Shown piece after piece: positions 7,925-17,436 of a stretch of 32,000 nucleotides of DNA. The stretch is from Zymomonas mobilis subsp. mobilis ATCC 10988 (lineage in GTDB: Bacteria > Pseudomonadota > Alphaproteobacteria > Sphingomonadales > Sphingomonadaceae): NCBI RefSeq assembly GCF_000175255.2, contig NC_017262.1, forward strand, positions 60,001 through 92,000, read 5' to 3'. Position 1 is the first letter of the stretch; every line of letters starts with the position of its first letter. The notes under the pieces are model-generated. The model was not told the DNA's origin. It ran no database searches and worked only from the letters and a program-made list of their open reading frames with translations. Both the position numbers and the translations under genes were made by a program.

Positions 7925-9562
7925 ATGACATCCAGCAACGATCTTTCTGCCGATATTGTGATTGTCGGTTCCGGTGTCGCCGGTAGCAGCATCGCCAAAG
8001 AATTGGCGAGTACAGGGGCATCGGTCATCGTCCTTGAGGCAGGGCCCCGTATTGACAGGCAACATATCCTCGATAATTGCCGAAATACGGTCAATAAAAA
8101 CAAATATGACGAGCCTTATCCGCCATCCCCTTGGTCAATGCATCCGCCCGACCAAAGCACCCCTAACGCTTATCTCCATACCACCGGCCCCGATGCACAG
8201 GCCTATCAGCAAAGCTATCTCCGTATTCTTGGCGGCACAACATGGCATTGGTCAGCCTGCGCATGGCGTTATCTGCCCTCTGATTTTGAATTACGGTCAC
8301 GCTATGGGGTAGGGCGCGACTGGGCGTTAAAATATGATGATCTCGAGCCTTTTTACTATCAGGCCGAAAGCATGATGGGCGTTTGCGGGCCTGATCCCAA
8401 GGTTGAAGACCTTGGCTCACCCCGCCGCCAACCTTATCCGATGGAAGCCTTGCCGCTTTCCTATGCGGCAGAACAGTTTAAAAAACTGATTGATAACCGC
8501 ACAGCCTATCGTGTGGTGCATGAACCACAGGCGCGGAATACCCGCCGCTATGACAATCGTCCGGTCTGCGAAGGCAATAATAACTGTATGCCGCTTTGCC
8601 CTATCGGTGCGATGTATAACGGTATTCATACCGTGCTTCATGCCGAAGCCGCAGGGGCGCGCTTTATTGACAATGCCGTGGTTTATAAAATCGAAACCGA
8701 TACCTCTAATAAAAAGGTCACGGCTGTTCACTATTATGACCCTGACAAACACAGTCATAAGGTCACGGGACGTATTTTTGTTATCGCGGCGCATTGCATC
8801 GAATCCGCCAAATTATTGCTCCTTTCTGCCGATGAAAAAAATCCAAACGGCATCGCCAATAGTTCGGATCAAGTAGGCCGGAATATGATGGATCATACCG
8901 GCGTGCAGGTCACTTTCATGAGCGGTCTGGATTCTCTTTGGTGTGGCAGAGGGCCTCTCGAAACCAATGTCATCGACAGCTTCCGAGATGGATCATGGCG
9001 GAATGAAAGGGGTGCTTATCTGGTGCATATGGTGGATGATAACCAGATCGACCTCGCCACGGCTTTAGCCATCGACAAAGGCTATGTCGGTAAAGACCTC
9101 GAAGATGAAATCCGCTATGGGGCATCACATCTGGTGCGTTTGTTCAGCCATAATGAAGGGATGCCGGATCCCGATAACCGTTTAACGCTCAGCAAAACCC
9201 ATAAAGACGTTCTCGGGATTCCCCATCCCGAAGTTTATTATAAATTGCCGGATTATACGGTGAGAAGCTGCGATCACTCCCGCAAGGTATTTAGGGAAAT
9301 CATGGGGCTGATGAAAGGCTCTGATCCACGCTGGACGCCGGGCTATTTTCCCCAAGACCATCCAGCGGGCAGCACCATCATGGGGCATGATCCCAAAGAT
9401 TCTGTCGTTGACGGATATAACCGGACACATGACCACGAAAATCTGTTTATCGCCAGTTCCGGCGTATTCGCTTCTATGGGAACGGGTAACATTACCCTGA
9501 CCGTGGCTGCCTTGGCGTTACGGGTAGCCGATACGCTGAAAAAAGAGATATATCATGGCTAA
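7925..9562 (+). CDS. GMC-family FAD-dependent dehydrogenase large subunit (gluconate 2-/sorbitol-dehydrogenase type)
   Basis: N-terminal ADIVIVGSGVAGSSIAKELASTGASVIVLEAG FAD fold, GMC-type C-terminus, 545 aa. Confidence 0.8.
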   Translation: MTSSNDLSADIVIVGSGVAGSSIAKELASTGASVIVLEAGPRIDRQHILDNCRNTVNKNKYDEPYPPSPWSMHPPDQSTPNAYLHTTGPDAQAYQQSYLRILGGTTWHWSACAWRYLPSDFELRSRYGVGRDWALKYDDLEPFYYQAESMMGVCGPDPKVEDLGSPRRQPYPMEALPLSYAAEQFKKLIDNRTAYRVVHEPQARNTRRYDNRPVCEGNNNCMPLCPIGAMYNGIHTVLHAEAAGARFIDNAVVYKIETDTSNKKVTAVHYYDPDKHSHKVTGRIFVIAAHCIESAKLLLLSADEKNPNGIANSSDQVGRNMMDHTGVQVTFMSGLDSLWCGRGPLETNVIDSFRDGSWRNERGAYLVHMVDDNQIDLATALAIDKGYVGKDLEDEIRYGASHLVRLFSHNEGMPDPDNRLTLSKTHKDVLGIPHPEVYYKLPDYTVRSCDHSRKVFREIMGLMKGSDPRWTPGYFPQDHPAGSTIMGHDPKDSVVDGYNRTHDHENLFIASSGVFASMGTGNITLTVAALALRVADTLKKEIYHG

Positions 9563-10997
9563 AACACGCTCTTTCTTCGCCCAATTCCGGCATATATGGG
9601 CGATAACAACAGGCTTCGGCTTGGTCATGTCGGCGGCGTCCTATGCAGCAACCACGGATACTAGCGACCTTCTTCAAAAAGGCGAATATCTAGCCAAAGC
9701 AGCGGATTGCGTCGCTTGTCATACCGCCCCTAATGGCAAGGCTTTTGCAGGTGGCCTTGCGATCACTTCACCTATGGGGGACATCCTTTCAACCAATATC
9801 ACACCGGATAATGAAACCGGCATAGGTCACTATAGCGAAGATGATTTTGCCCGTGCGTTGCAACGCGGTATCCGAAAAGACGGTGGCCATCTTTATCCGG
9901 CCATGCCCTATACGGCTTATGCTGGCCTTAACAAGGCAGACATCCACGCACTTTATCTCTATTTTATGAAATCGGTTACGCCGGTTTTACAAAAGAACCA
10001 GCCGACAAAACTGGACTTTCCTTTCAATATCCGCGCTTTGATGATGGGCTGGAATCTTCTGTTCTTGAATGACAAGCCTGCCAAAACTGATTTCGAGCAT
10101 TTGTCTGGTTTAGAAAGAGGCCGCTATCTCGCAGATACGCTTGAACATTGCAGCACCTGCCATTCGCCTCGCAATTTTTTGATGGCTGAAAAAAAATCCG
10201 GTTATCTCGGTGGCAGCCCTCTAGGGGGATGGTATGCGCCCAATATCACCTCCAGCCTGAATAGCGGCATCGGTCATTGGAGCGAAGAAGAGCTAGTCAC
10301 TTATTTCAAAACCGGAAAAGTCACTGGAAAAGCACGGGCAGGGGGCGGCATGGCCGAAGCTGTCAGCAACAGCCTAAGTCATCTCAGCGATCAAGATTTG
10401 CACGATCTGGCGCGCTATATCAAACAGGTTCCCGCTATCAATGATCGCCATGATTCACGTCCACGCGATCAATATAGCGCCCCTGTAGTGACAACTGATC
10501 TTAGAAGTGGCGAAACCATTCGGGTTGATCGCCCGATAGCTATGGATGGTGCTGCGGTTTATGACAATAACTGCGCCAGTTGTCATGGCGGTGATGGCAA
10601 TGGCAGCCCCGATCAGCATATTCCTTCTTTATATAACAATAGCGTGATCGGATCAGCTCAAGCCAATAATCTGGTGATGACTATTCTAAACGGCGTGCAG
10701 CGTAAAATAGACGGGCAGGAAGTGTTTATGCCTTCTTTTGGGGATAAATCACTGGTGCAGCACCTCTCCGATAAAGACATCGCCAGCCTTGCCAATTATG
10801 TTACCGGACGTTTTGGACGGGGTGATGCCCATTTAAAAGCGGCCGATATTGCAACCATTCGGCAAGGCGGCGCAAAACCATTTTTGGTTCGCTATATTTC
10901 GGTGCTGATGCTGACAGGCGGCTTGGGCTTCCTGCTTGTTCTTTCGCTCATTTACCGTTTTTTCAAAAAAACAGACAGGAAAAGCGCGCAGAGCTGA
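9555..10997 (+). CDS. Triheme cytochrome c subunit of the dehydrogenase
   Basis: Three CxxCH motifs (CVACH, CSTCH, CASCH), a signal peptide and a C-terminal hydrophobic anchor. It overlaps the large-subunit gene by 8 nt. Confidence 0.85.
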   Translation: MAKTRSFFAQFRHIWAITTGFGLVMSAASYAATTDTSDLLQKGEYLAKAADCVACHTAPNGKAFAGGLAITSPMGDILSTNITPDNETGIGHYSEDDFARALQRGIRKDGGHLYPAMPYTAYAGLNKADIHALYLYFMKSVTPVLQKNQPTKLDFPFNIRALMMGWNLLFLNDKPAKTDFEHLSGLERGRYLADTLEHCSTCHSPRNFLMAEKKSGYLGGSPLGGWYAPNITSSLNSGIGHWSEEELVTYFKTGKVTGKARAGGGMAEAVSNSLSHLSDQDLHDLARYIKQVPAINDRHDSRPRDQYSAPVVTTDLRSGETIRVDRPIAMDGAAVYDNNCASCHGGDGNGSPDQHIPSLYNNSVIGSAQANNLVMTILNGVQRKIDGQEVFMPSFGDKSLVQHLSDKDIASLANYVTGRFGRGDAHLKAADIATIRQGGAKPFLVRYISVLMLTGGLGFLLVLSLIYRFFKKTDRKSAQS

Positions 10998-11010
10998 CAG
11001 GTCGCTGACG

Positions 11011-11032
11011 GGAAGACGCCTAGGCGTCTTCC
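11011..11032. terminator. Perfect 22-nt palindrome between convergent genes, likely terminator of the dehydrogenase operon
   Basis: GGAAGACGCCTAGGCGTCTTCC. It overlaps the last codons and stop of the LacI-family gene, and CTTCTCT follows on the plus strand. Confidence 0.45.
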
Positions 11033-12144
11033 TTCTCTGCCACATTAGCTAGAAAGGGCGGGCCCGCAGAATCTCGAATAATCAAGGCATGATCGAGTTC
11101 GACATTCCTGATTTCTTCGGTATTCCAACCATTTTCCAACAGATTAAGGATAATATCGGTCGCGGTATAAGCCATGGCCGATATCGGCTGGCGCATCGTT
11201 GTAATCCGTGGCCAAACAATAGAAGCCAGCTGACTATCATCGAAACCAACTACCGATAATTGACGCGGCACTGCAATCCCATGCTCATGGGCAGCCTGAA
11301 CAATACCGGCGGCCATGTCGTCATTGGATGAAAAGACGGCAGTTGGTCGTGGGTTCAGGGCAAATATTTTCCGTGCTGCTTCCAAACCACTGGCGAAACG
11401 GAAATCACCCGCAATCACCAGATCGGGATCAATCGGGATACCGGCGCTTTGCAAAGCATAACAATAGCCTTCAAAACGGGCGTTACTGGCCGGATGGACT
11501 GGATTGCCTCGTAAAAAAGCAATCCGTCGATGCCCCAGACCTAACAGATAACGGGTCATCTCTCTGGCGGCGATCATATCCTTGATGGCGACACAAGGCG
11601 AACCGGGGCGTGGCTCGGTGCCTGCCACGCGGACATAGGGAACGCCGCTTTGATCCAATTCATCCATAATTTCGGGATCATTGGACAAAGGCGGGGTTAA
11701 AATCACACCGGCCAGACCAGAACTGCGAATAATGGCAATCATTTTGCCATGAAATTCTTTGAAATTTTCAACCGGAAACATCAACAGACGATAAGGCTCG
11801 CCGCGTAAACGGTCTAAAGCACCGGTCTGGATATTAACGACATAATTCGGACTTGGGTTTTCGTAAAACAGGCCGATCATATAAGATTGGCGACCTGCCA
11901 GACTTCTTGCGGCCATATTGGGATGATAATTCAGTTTATGGGCTGCTTGTAAAACCCGTTCACGCATTTCCGGCCTGACATTGGGTTCGTTATTCAAAAC
12001 GCGTGACACGGTTTTGATCGAAGCCCCCGACATGGCGGCTACATCACGGATAGTAACCATTGGCATCCGTTTACAGGTGCCAGAGGCAGAATCTGTGGTT
12101 TTTGCAGCTTGGTAAACGCTGTCATTTTTAGAGCGGGAAGTCAC
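11020..12144 (-). CDS. LacI-family transcriptional regulator
   Basis: HTH VTIRDVAAMSGASIKTVSRVLNNEPNVRPEMRERVLQAAHKLNYHPN followed by a periplasmic-binding-fold domain. The likely true start is at 12066 or 12060. Confidence 0.85.
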   Translation of the reverse strand: MTSRSKNDSVYQAAKTTDSASGTCKRMPMVTIRDVAAMSGASIKTVSRVLNNEPNVRPEMRERVLQAAHKLNYHPNMAARSLAGRQSYMIGLFYENPSPNYVVNIQTGALDRLRGEPYRLLMFPVENFKEFHGKMIAIIRSSGLAGVILTPPLSNDPEIMDELDQSGVPYVRVAGTEPRPGSPCVAIKDMIAAREMTRYLLGLGHRRIAFLRGNPVHPASNARFEGYCYALQSAGIPIDPDLVIAGDFRFASGLEAARKIFALNPRPTAVFSSNDDMAAGIVQAAHEHGIAVPRQLSVVGFDDSQLASIVWPRITTMRQPISAMAYTATDIILNLLENGWNTEEIRNVELDHALIIRDSAGPPFLANVAEKEDA

Positions 12145-12286
12145 AATAAATTATCCTTCCGCATCACTTTTTGGGTTTCAAGGGCAATATTTTGACAAAA
12201 AAGAGCAAAACTTTTAAGAAACACCTGAATGATGCAGTTGTAAAAGCTAGATTTCAACAATTATCCCGTTATTTTCATTTTATATG

Positions 12287-12302
12287 TGTTAATCGGTTAA
12301 CA
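12287..12302. promoter_or_regulatory. Candidate LacI/GntR-type operator palindrome
   Basis: TGTTAA-TCGG-TTAACA, with perfect 6-bp inverted arms. It lies about 145 nt upstream of the annotated LacI-family start. Confidence 0.4.
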
Positions 12303-12700
12303 AACATTTATATTTAATTTTTAGCTTTTGGCGAGAGAGAAAATCAATAGAAAGAAAATAACACTATTCAACCCTGTTTTTTAATATCATTCCGGTCACG
12401 GATTTCAGACAAAAATATTCATCGAGAATGCCGTCTTGTCTGAATAAAGAAAGCTGAATATAGCCTTCCATGATTTTCAAAAACAGAATAAAGGCAATCT
12501 CCCCTCTTGCCAAGCGCGCCTATGCCCCGCTAGGGGCATGAATGTTATTTATAGATAAGCCCGCCTTCGTTTTTTCCGTCCCGCAAAAACGGACAAAAGA
12601 AACAGCAGACGGTTTTGCTTGTGTTCAGATTTTTTTCGGATTGTCTTACTTTTCAGGAAAATGCAAGACTCCGGTTCTTAGTGAAGTGAAAGGTTAAAAA

Positions 12701-12937
12701 ATGAGCGATACTGCAGAGCGCATCAAGAAGATTGTTGTCGAACATCTCGGCGTTGAACCCGACAAAGTTGTTGAAAATGCCAGCTTCCTTGACGATCTGG
12801 GTGCCGACAGCCTCGACATCATCGAATTGGTTATGGCTTTCGAAGAAGAATTCGGCGTTGAAATTCCTGACGATTCCGTAGAAAAAATCGGTACGGTCAA
12901 AGATGCCGTCAGCTATATCGACGAGCACAAGGCTTAA
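12701..12937 (+). CDS. acpP: Acyl carrier protein
   Basis: 78 aa with the [20 protein letters not shown] phosphopantetheine-serine motif. Confidence 0.95.
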   Translation: MSDTAERIKKIVVEHLGVEPDKVVENASFLDDLGADSLDIIELVMAFEEEFGVEIPDDSVEKIGTVKDAVSYIDEHKA

Positions 12938-12945
12938 TTAATCCT

Positions 12946-12983
12946 AAAAACAGGATCGGCGTTTATCCTCCGATCCTGTTTTT
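12946..12983 (+). terminator. Rho-independent terminator/attenuator after acpP
   Basis: 14-bp stem AAAAACAGGATCGG / CCGATCCTGTTTTT with a 10-nt loop. Confidence 0.7.
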
Positions 12984-13126
12984 ATCTCTGTTTATTCTAT
13001 TATCTTTTGCCTCTACCTTCTATTAAGAATAAAATTGTCTATATTCACGTCTTGTCTTAAGAAATCGAAGGAGGGGTGTCATGCGGCATAATGCTGAAGG
13101 CATTCTGTCAAGGGGAGAAAAGTAAT

Positions 13127-14389
13127 ATGCGTCGTGTAGTCGCTACCGGCTTGGGAATGGTGACTTCGCTGGGTGGCGATGTCGAAACAACATGGTCGAA
13201 TATTCTGGCCTCAAAGTCCGGTGCTGGGCGTATCACGCGTTTCGATCCGGAAGGTTTTGCTTGTACGGTTGCTTGTGAAGTTAAACCGGCCGACCATGAA
13301 TATGGCTTTGATCCGTCCAAACGCGTTGACAGCAAGACGATAAGACAGGTCGAACCCTTCATTATCTATGGCATTGATGCCGCTGGACAGGCTTTGGAAG
13401 ATGCCGGTCTCATGGATATGAGCGAAGAAGAAAAACTCAGAACGGGTCTTTCTATCGGCGCTGGTATCGGTGGTTTACCCCGTATCGAAAAAGAATCCAT
13501 CATCTGCCATGAAAAAGGGCCCCGCCGCGTTTCGCCTCATTTCGTGCATGCCAGCCTTATCAATCTGACGGCTGGACAGGTTTCTATCCGCTATGGCCTG
13601 AAAGGGCCTAACCACGCTGTCGTCACGGCTTGCTCTTCCGGTTGTCATTCCATTGGCGATGCCAGCTGGATGATTCGCATGGGCTATGCCGATGTGATGG
13701 TTGCAGGGGGTTCTGAATCGGCTATTTGCCCTCTCGGTATCGCCGGATTCTCACAGGCACATGCTCTTTCAACGGGGCATAACGACACGCCCGAAAAAGC
13801 TTCCCGTCCATATGACAAAGGCCGCGACGGTTTTGTCATGGGTGATGGTGCCGGTATTATTATTCTCGAAGAATATGAACATGCCAAGGCACGTGGAGCC
13901 AAAATTTACGGCGAAATTATCGGCTATGGCATGACGGGTGATGCGTATCATGTGACCGCTCCCCAGCCAGATGGTGATGGTGCCTATCGCTCCATGAAAA
14001 TGGCGCTTGAGCAGGCCAATCTTACCACCGCTGATATTGATTATATCAATGCACATGGCACCTCGACGCCCATGGGCGATGAAATCGAAGCCAACGCCGT
14101 TCGCCGGTTGTTTGGGGATGACATTAAAAATATGTCAATGAGTTCAACGAAATCTGCCATCGGCCATTTATTGGGCGGTGCAGGGGCTGTTGAAACGATT
14201 TTCTGCCTGTTGGCGATGCGTGATCAGATTGCGCCTCCGACCATCAACCTCGAAAATCCGAGCGATGGCTTAGCTGGCTTTGATCTGGTGCCCAATGTTC
14301 CAAAAAAACGCTCAATCAAGGCCGTTTTGAATAACAGCTTTGGTTTTGGTGGAACCAATGCCAGCTTGATCTTCAAAGCTGTAGACTAA
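13127..14389 (+). CDS. fabF: Beta-ketoacyl-ACP synthase II
   Basis: MRRVVATGLGMVTSLG..., an active-site Cys context (VVTACSSG) and a C-terminal NSFGFGGTNASLIF. The SD AGGGGAG precedes the ATG at 13127; the GTG at 13076 in the ORF track is probably too early. Confidence 0.95.
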   Translation: MRRVVATGLGMVTSLGGDVETTWSNILASKSGAGRITRFDPEGFACTVACEVKPADHEYGFDPSKRVDSKTIRQVEPFIIYGIDAAGQALEDAGLMDMSEEEKLRTGLSIGAGIGGLPRIEKESIICHEKGPRRVSPHFVHASLINLTAGQVSIRYGLKGPNHAVVTACSSGCHSIGDASWMIRMGYADVMVAGGSESAICPLGIAGFSQAHALSTGHNDTPEKASRPYDKGRDGFVMGDGAGIIILEEYEHAKARGAKIYGEIIGYGMTGDAYHVTAPQPDGDGAYRSMKMALEQANLTTADIDYINAHGTSTPMGDEIEANAVRRLFGDDIKNMSMSSTKSAIGHLLGGAGAVETIFCLLAMRDQIAPPTINLENPSDGLAGFDLVPNVPKKRSIKAVLNNSFGFGGTNASLIFKAVD

Positions 14390-14392
14390 ATT

Positions 14393-15394
14393 ATGTGCCG
14401 CCTTTTTCACCGGCAAGACAGAATGAGCGGACAAAAGCCGCCCAGCCGTTGGCTTGGTCGCTTGCTTCTCTTTCTGTTACTTGCTCTGGTGTTTCTAGGC
14501 GGCATTGCTTTTAATCGGGCAATGGTGACCCCCAATAACAAAGAATTGGTCGTCACCATCCCCGAAGGCAGTTCTTTTGGTAAAGCAGCCCGCATCTTAA
14601 AAGAGGCAGGCGTTATCCGCTCTGAGAATGTCTTTTTGTGGCTGCTTCATAGCAAACCTGCTTTTATGTTACGGGCAGGGGATTACCGTATCGGTGCATC
14701 TCGTTCTCTAAGTCAGGTCATAGACCTTCTTTCTCATGGGCCCAATGTGCGGCATATCTTTGTCGTTCCAGAAGGGATGCCTTCTTTGGAAGTGCATGAC
14801 CGACTGATGGCAGAACCCCTTTTGACGGGGGAAATCGCTGTTCCCGAAGAAGGCAGCTTACTACCAGACGGTTATTCTTTTACGCCGGGTGAAAAACGGT
14901 CGCTTGTGATCGCCAGAATGCAGGCTGCAATGCAGAAAATGCTTCATAAATTATGGAGCGAAAAATCACCTTTGGCACAGGTTAAAACGCCTAAGGAAGC
15001 GATTATTCTCGCCTCTATTGTTGAAAAAGAAACGGCGCTTCCTGAAGAACGCCCGATTGTCGCGGCAGTCTATTATAATCGCCTTGCCAAAAATATGCGG
15101 TTACAAGCTGATCCGACTATCATTTATCCGATTACGCACGGCTATCCTTTGGGGCATCCTATCTTGCGTTCGGAATTACAGGCGCATAACGATTACAATA
15201 CCTATCAGATGACTGGCCTTCCTAAGGGAGCCATCACCAATCCGGGGCGGCAGTCTATTGAAGCTGTTTTGCATCCCGCCAAAAGCGAAGCGCTCTATTT
15301 TGTAGCAAATGGCAGAGGCGGCCATATCTTTTCCAATAATTTGGAAGATCAAAACCGTCATGTCCGCGACTATTACGCTTCAAAGAAAAACTGA
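14393..15394 (+). CDS. mltG: Endolytic murein transglycosylase (YceG family)
   Basis: N-terminal TM segment, LASIVEKE and NTYQMTGLPKGAITNPG motifs, and the conserved acpP-fabF-mltG order. An alternative start is at 14423. Confidence 0.85.
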   Translation: MCRLFHRQDRMSGQKPPSRWLGRLLLFLLLALVFLGGIAFNRAMVTPNNKELVVTIPEGSSFGKAARILKEAGVIRSENVFLWLLHSKPAFMLRAGDYRIGASRSLSQVIDLLSHGPNVRHIFVVPEGMPSLEVHDRLMAEPLLTGEIAVPEEGSLLPDGYSFTPGEKRSLVIARMQAAMQKMLHKLWSEKSPLAQVKTPKEAIILASIVEKETALPEERPIVAAVYYNRLAKNMRLQADPTIIYPITHGYPLGHPILRSELQAHNDYNTYQMTGLPKGAITNPGRQSIEAVLHPAKSEALYFVANGRGGHIFSNNLEDQNRHVRDYYASKKN

Positions 15395-15598
15395 TTTCTC
15401 CGATTACTTAATTCTTTCGAAAACCCGAAAAAACAATCTCTTGATTTCGTCTTTTCGCCGCAGATTTTTTGAAAAAATTACCTCAGAAATCTTTTTAAAA
15501 CAGGGTTTTCTTTCGCTATTGCGTAAAAAAGCACAAAAAAAAGACGCTATCGAAATAGCGCCTTTTCTCTACCGAAAACTCTAAAAAAATATTCAGTA

Positions 15599-15838
15599 TT
15601 ATTTCCGAAGGTTTTTCAGCTTTGCCAAACGGCTGGTAATCGGGCGGGTTTCCGCTCCTTTTTTAAGCTGGGCGACAATACCGGAAGATGCCGCTCCCAA
15701 CATCATACCACCCGCTGCCGCCAAGCTCGGCACCAAGGTCGTTGAGACAATGGCCGAGGCCAGACCACGCCGCTGGCGTTTGGCAACACGATGCGCAACG
15801 AAAGAAGCCGCGCTTCCTAAAAGGAGCATTTTACCCAT
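15599..15838 (-). CDS. Small Gly/Ala-rich hypothetical protein
   Basis: 79-aa ORF 32 nt downstream of ilvA on the same strand, with AGGGA about 9 nt before the ATG. I recognise no homology. Confidence 0.35.
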   Translation of the reverse strand: MGKMLLLGSAASFVAHRVAKRQRRGLASAIVSTTLVPSLAAAGGMMLGAASSGIVAQLKKGAETRPITSRLAKLKNLRK

Positions 15839-15870
15839 AAATCTTATCCCTATTTCTAAAATAGCCGATA

Positions 15871-17109
15871 TCAGGCCGGTTCAATCAAGGTCACACCATA
15901 ACCCGCTTCACGTAAAGCATCGATTAAATGCCGCAAATGAGCCTGATCGCGCGTTTCACATTCAATATCGGCACATAATCCCTTAGCGGGCAGGGTTGTA
16001 AAGATGCGCTGATAAGAAATTTCGACAATATTCGCCTGCTGATCATGAAAAACACGCGCTACTTTGTAAAGCTGACCTGCTTGATCTTTCATTCTGACCC
16101 GCAACCGCGCCAAACGACCAGAACGAGCCAAGTCACGCAACAGAACATTGGCTAACAAGCGGGTGTCGATATTACCGCCAGAAAAGATAATGCCTACCTG
16201 TCTGCCTTGGAATCGTTCGGGATGCGATAGCAACGCCCCCAAACCAGCCGCGCCAGCCCCTTCAACAATCGTCTTTTCAATCTGAACAATCAAAGACAAA
16301 GCATGTTCGATATTGCTTTCACTGACCAGCAAAATATCATCGACCAAGGCTTCAACAAAACGGCGAGTTAACTGCCCGGGAACCTGAACCGCGATCCCTT
16401 CTGCCAGAGTATCCCCACCGCAAGGCAGATTTTTCCCTTTGATATAATCATACATCGAAGGATAAAGCTCGGCTTCGGCACCAATAACATCCAAAGGCCG
16501 ATCTGCGTTTTTGGCAACCACAGCACAGCCTGAAATCAGGCCGCCACCACCCACTGGCACAACCAGAGTGTCAATCGCTGGGGCATCTTCCAACATTTCA
16601 AGAGCAACCGTGCCCTGACCGGCAATAATAGCTGGATCATTGAAAGGATGGACAAAGGTCAGATTGTCTTTTTCAGCCAATTCTAACGCATGGGCAAGGG
16701 ATTCATCGAATTGTTCGCCATAAAGGACGATATTCGCACCATGTCCACGGGTCTGCTCGACTTTTACCGTCGGGGTATGGACAGGCATCACGATCGTGAC
16801 CGGAATATCTAAACGATTCCCGTGATAGGCGAGACCTTGGGCATGATTTCCGGCCGAAGCGGCGATAACCCCTCTTTCGCGGGCAACCTTGTCCAGCGAC
16901 AATAATTTATTTAACGCACCCCGTTCTTTATAGGCGGCGGTAAACTGGAAATTTTCAAATTTCAGCCAGACACCGGCACCAATCAGGTCAGACAAAGTCC
17001 GACTGTAAAGGGTCGGGGTTCTAATAATGGCATTCTTAATGCGTTGATGCGCCTGTTTGATATCATCAAGTGAAACGGGAAGAGTCTCTGGATTATCCAA
17101 GCTTACCAT
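15871..17109 (-). CDS. ilvA: Threonine ammonia-lyase (short form, single regulatory domain)
   Basis: PLP-lysine context FQFTAAYKERGALNKL, a GGGGL loop, 412 aa. Confidence 0.85.
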   Translation of the reverse strand: MVSLDNPETLPVSLDDIKQAHQRIKNAIIRTPTLYSRTLSDLIGAGVWLKFENFQFTAAYKERGALNKLLSLDKVARERGVIAASAGNHAQGLAYHGNRLDIPVTIVMPVHTPTVKVEQTRGHGANIVLYGEQFDESLAHALELAEKDNLTFVHPFNDPAIIAGQGTVALEMLEDAPAIDTLVVPVGGGGLISGCAVVAKNADRPLDVIGAEAELYPSMYDYIKGKNLPCGGDTLAEGIAVQVPGQLTRRFVEALVDDILLVSESNIEHALSLIVQIEKTIVEGAGAAGLGALLSHPERFQGRQVGIIFSGGNIDTRLLANVLLRDLARSGRLARLRVRMKDQAGQLYKVARVFHDQQANIVEISYQRIFTTLPAKGLCADIECETRDQAHLRHLIDALREAGYGVTLIEPA

Positions 17110-17129
17110 GCTTTATCCTGCGTCTGGGC

Positions 17130-17152
17130 AATAACGTTTTTCCGGCGTTATT
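17130..17152. promoter_or_regulatory. Inverted-repeat motif AATAACG-N7-GGCGTTATT, copy 2, upstream of ilvA
   Basis: Identical fixed positions and spacing to 3013-3035. Its centre is about 32 nt upstream of the ilvA ATG. Confidence 0.4.
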
Positions 17153-17436
17153 ACTTTTAATCTAAAACAGATAGTATTCTCTACCTCTATACCCCTACCT
17201 CTTAAAAAAATAGGGTAGATTCTTACATAACAGAAGGCAGGCAAGTTACCGACATAATCTTATTTCACGAAAGTGATCGGGAAATTTATCTCACCGGATG
17301 AAAGATTTCTTTCCGCTATCATCGAAATACCACATCTCAACTTTATTCCTTTTGACGGCTTTTTATCCGGCATAAAATAGAAGAATAGTCTTTTTCAAAA
17401 GAGCCGCTCACCCGAGATATTCAGGAGAAATCTGCG

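Noticed and set aside
8417-8876. 125-aa and 128-aa ORFs inside the dehydrogenase large-subunit gene
   Set aside because: They are alternative-frame or antisense ORFs within a confidently identified GMC flavoprotein gene.
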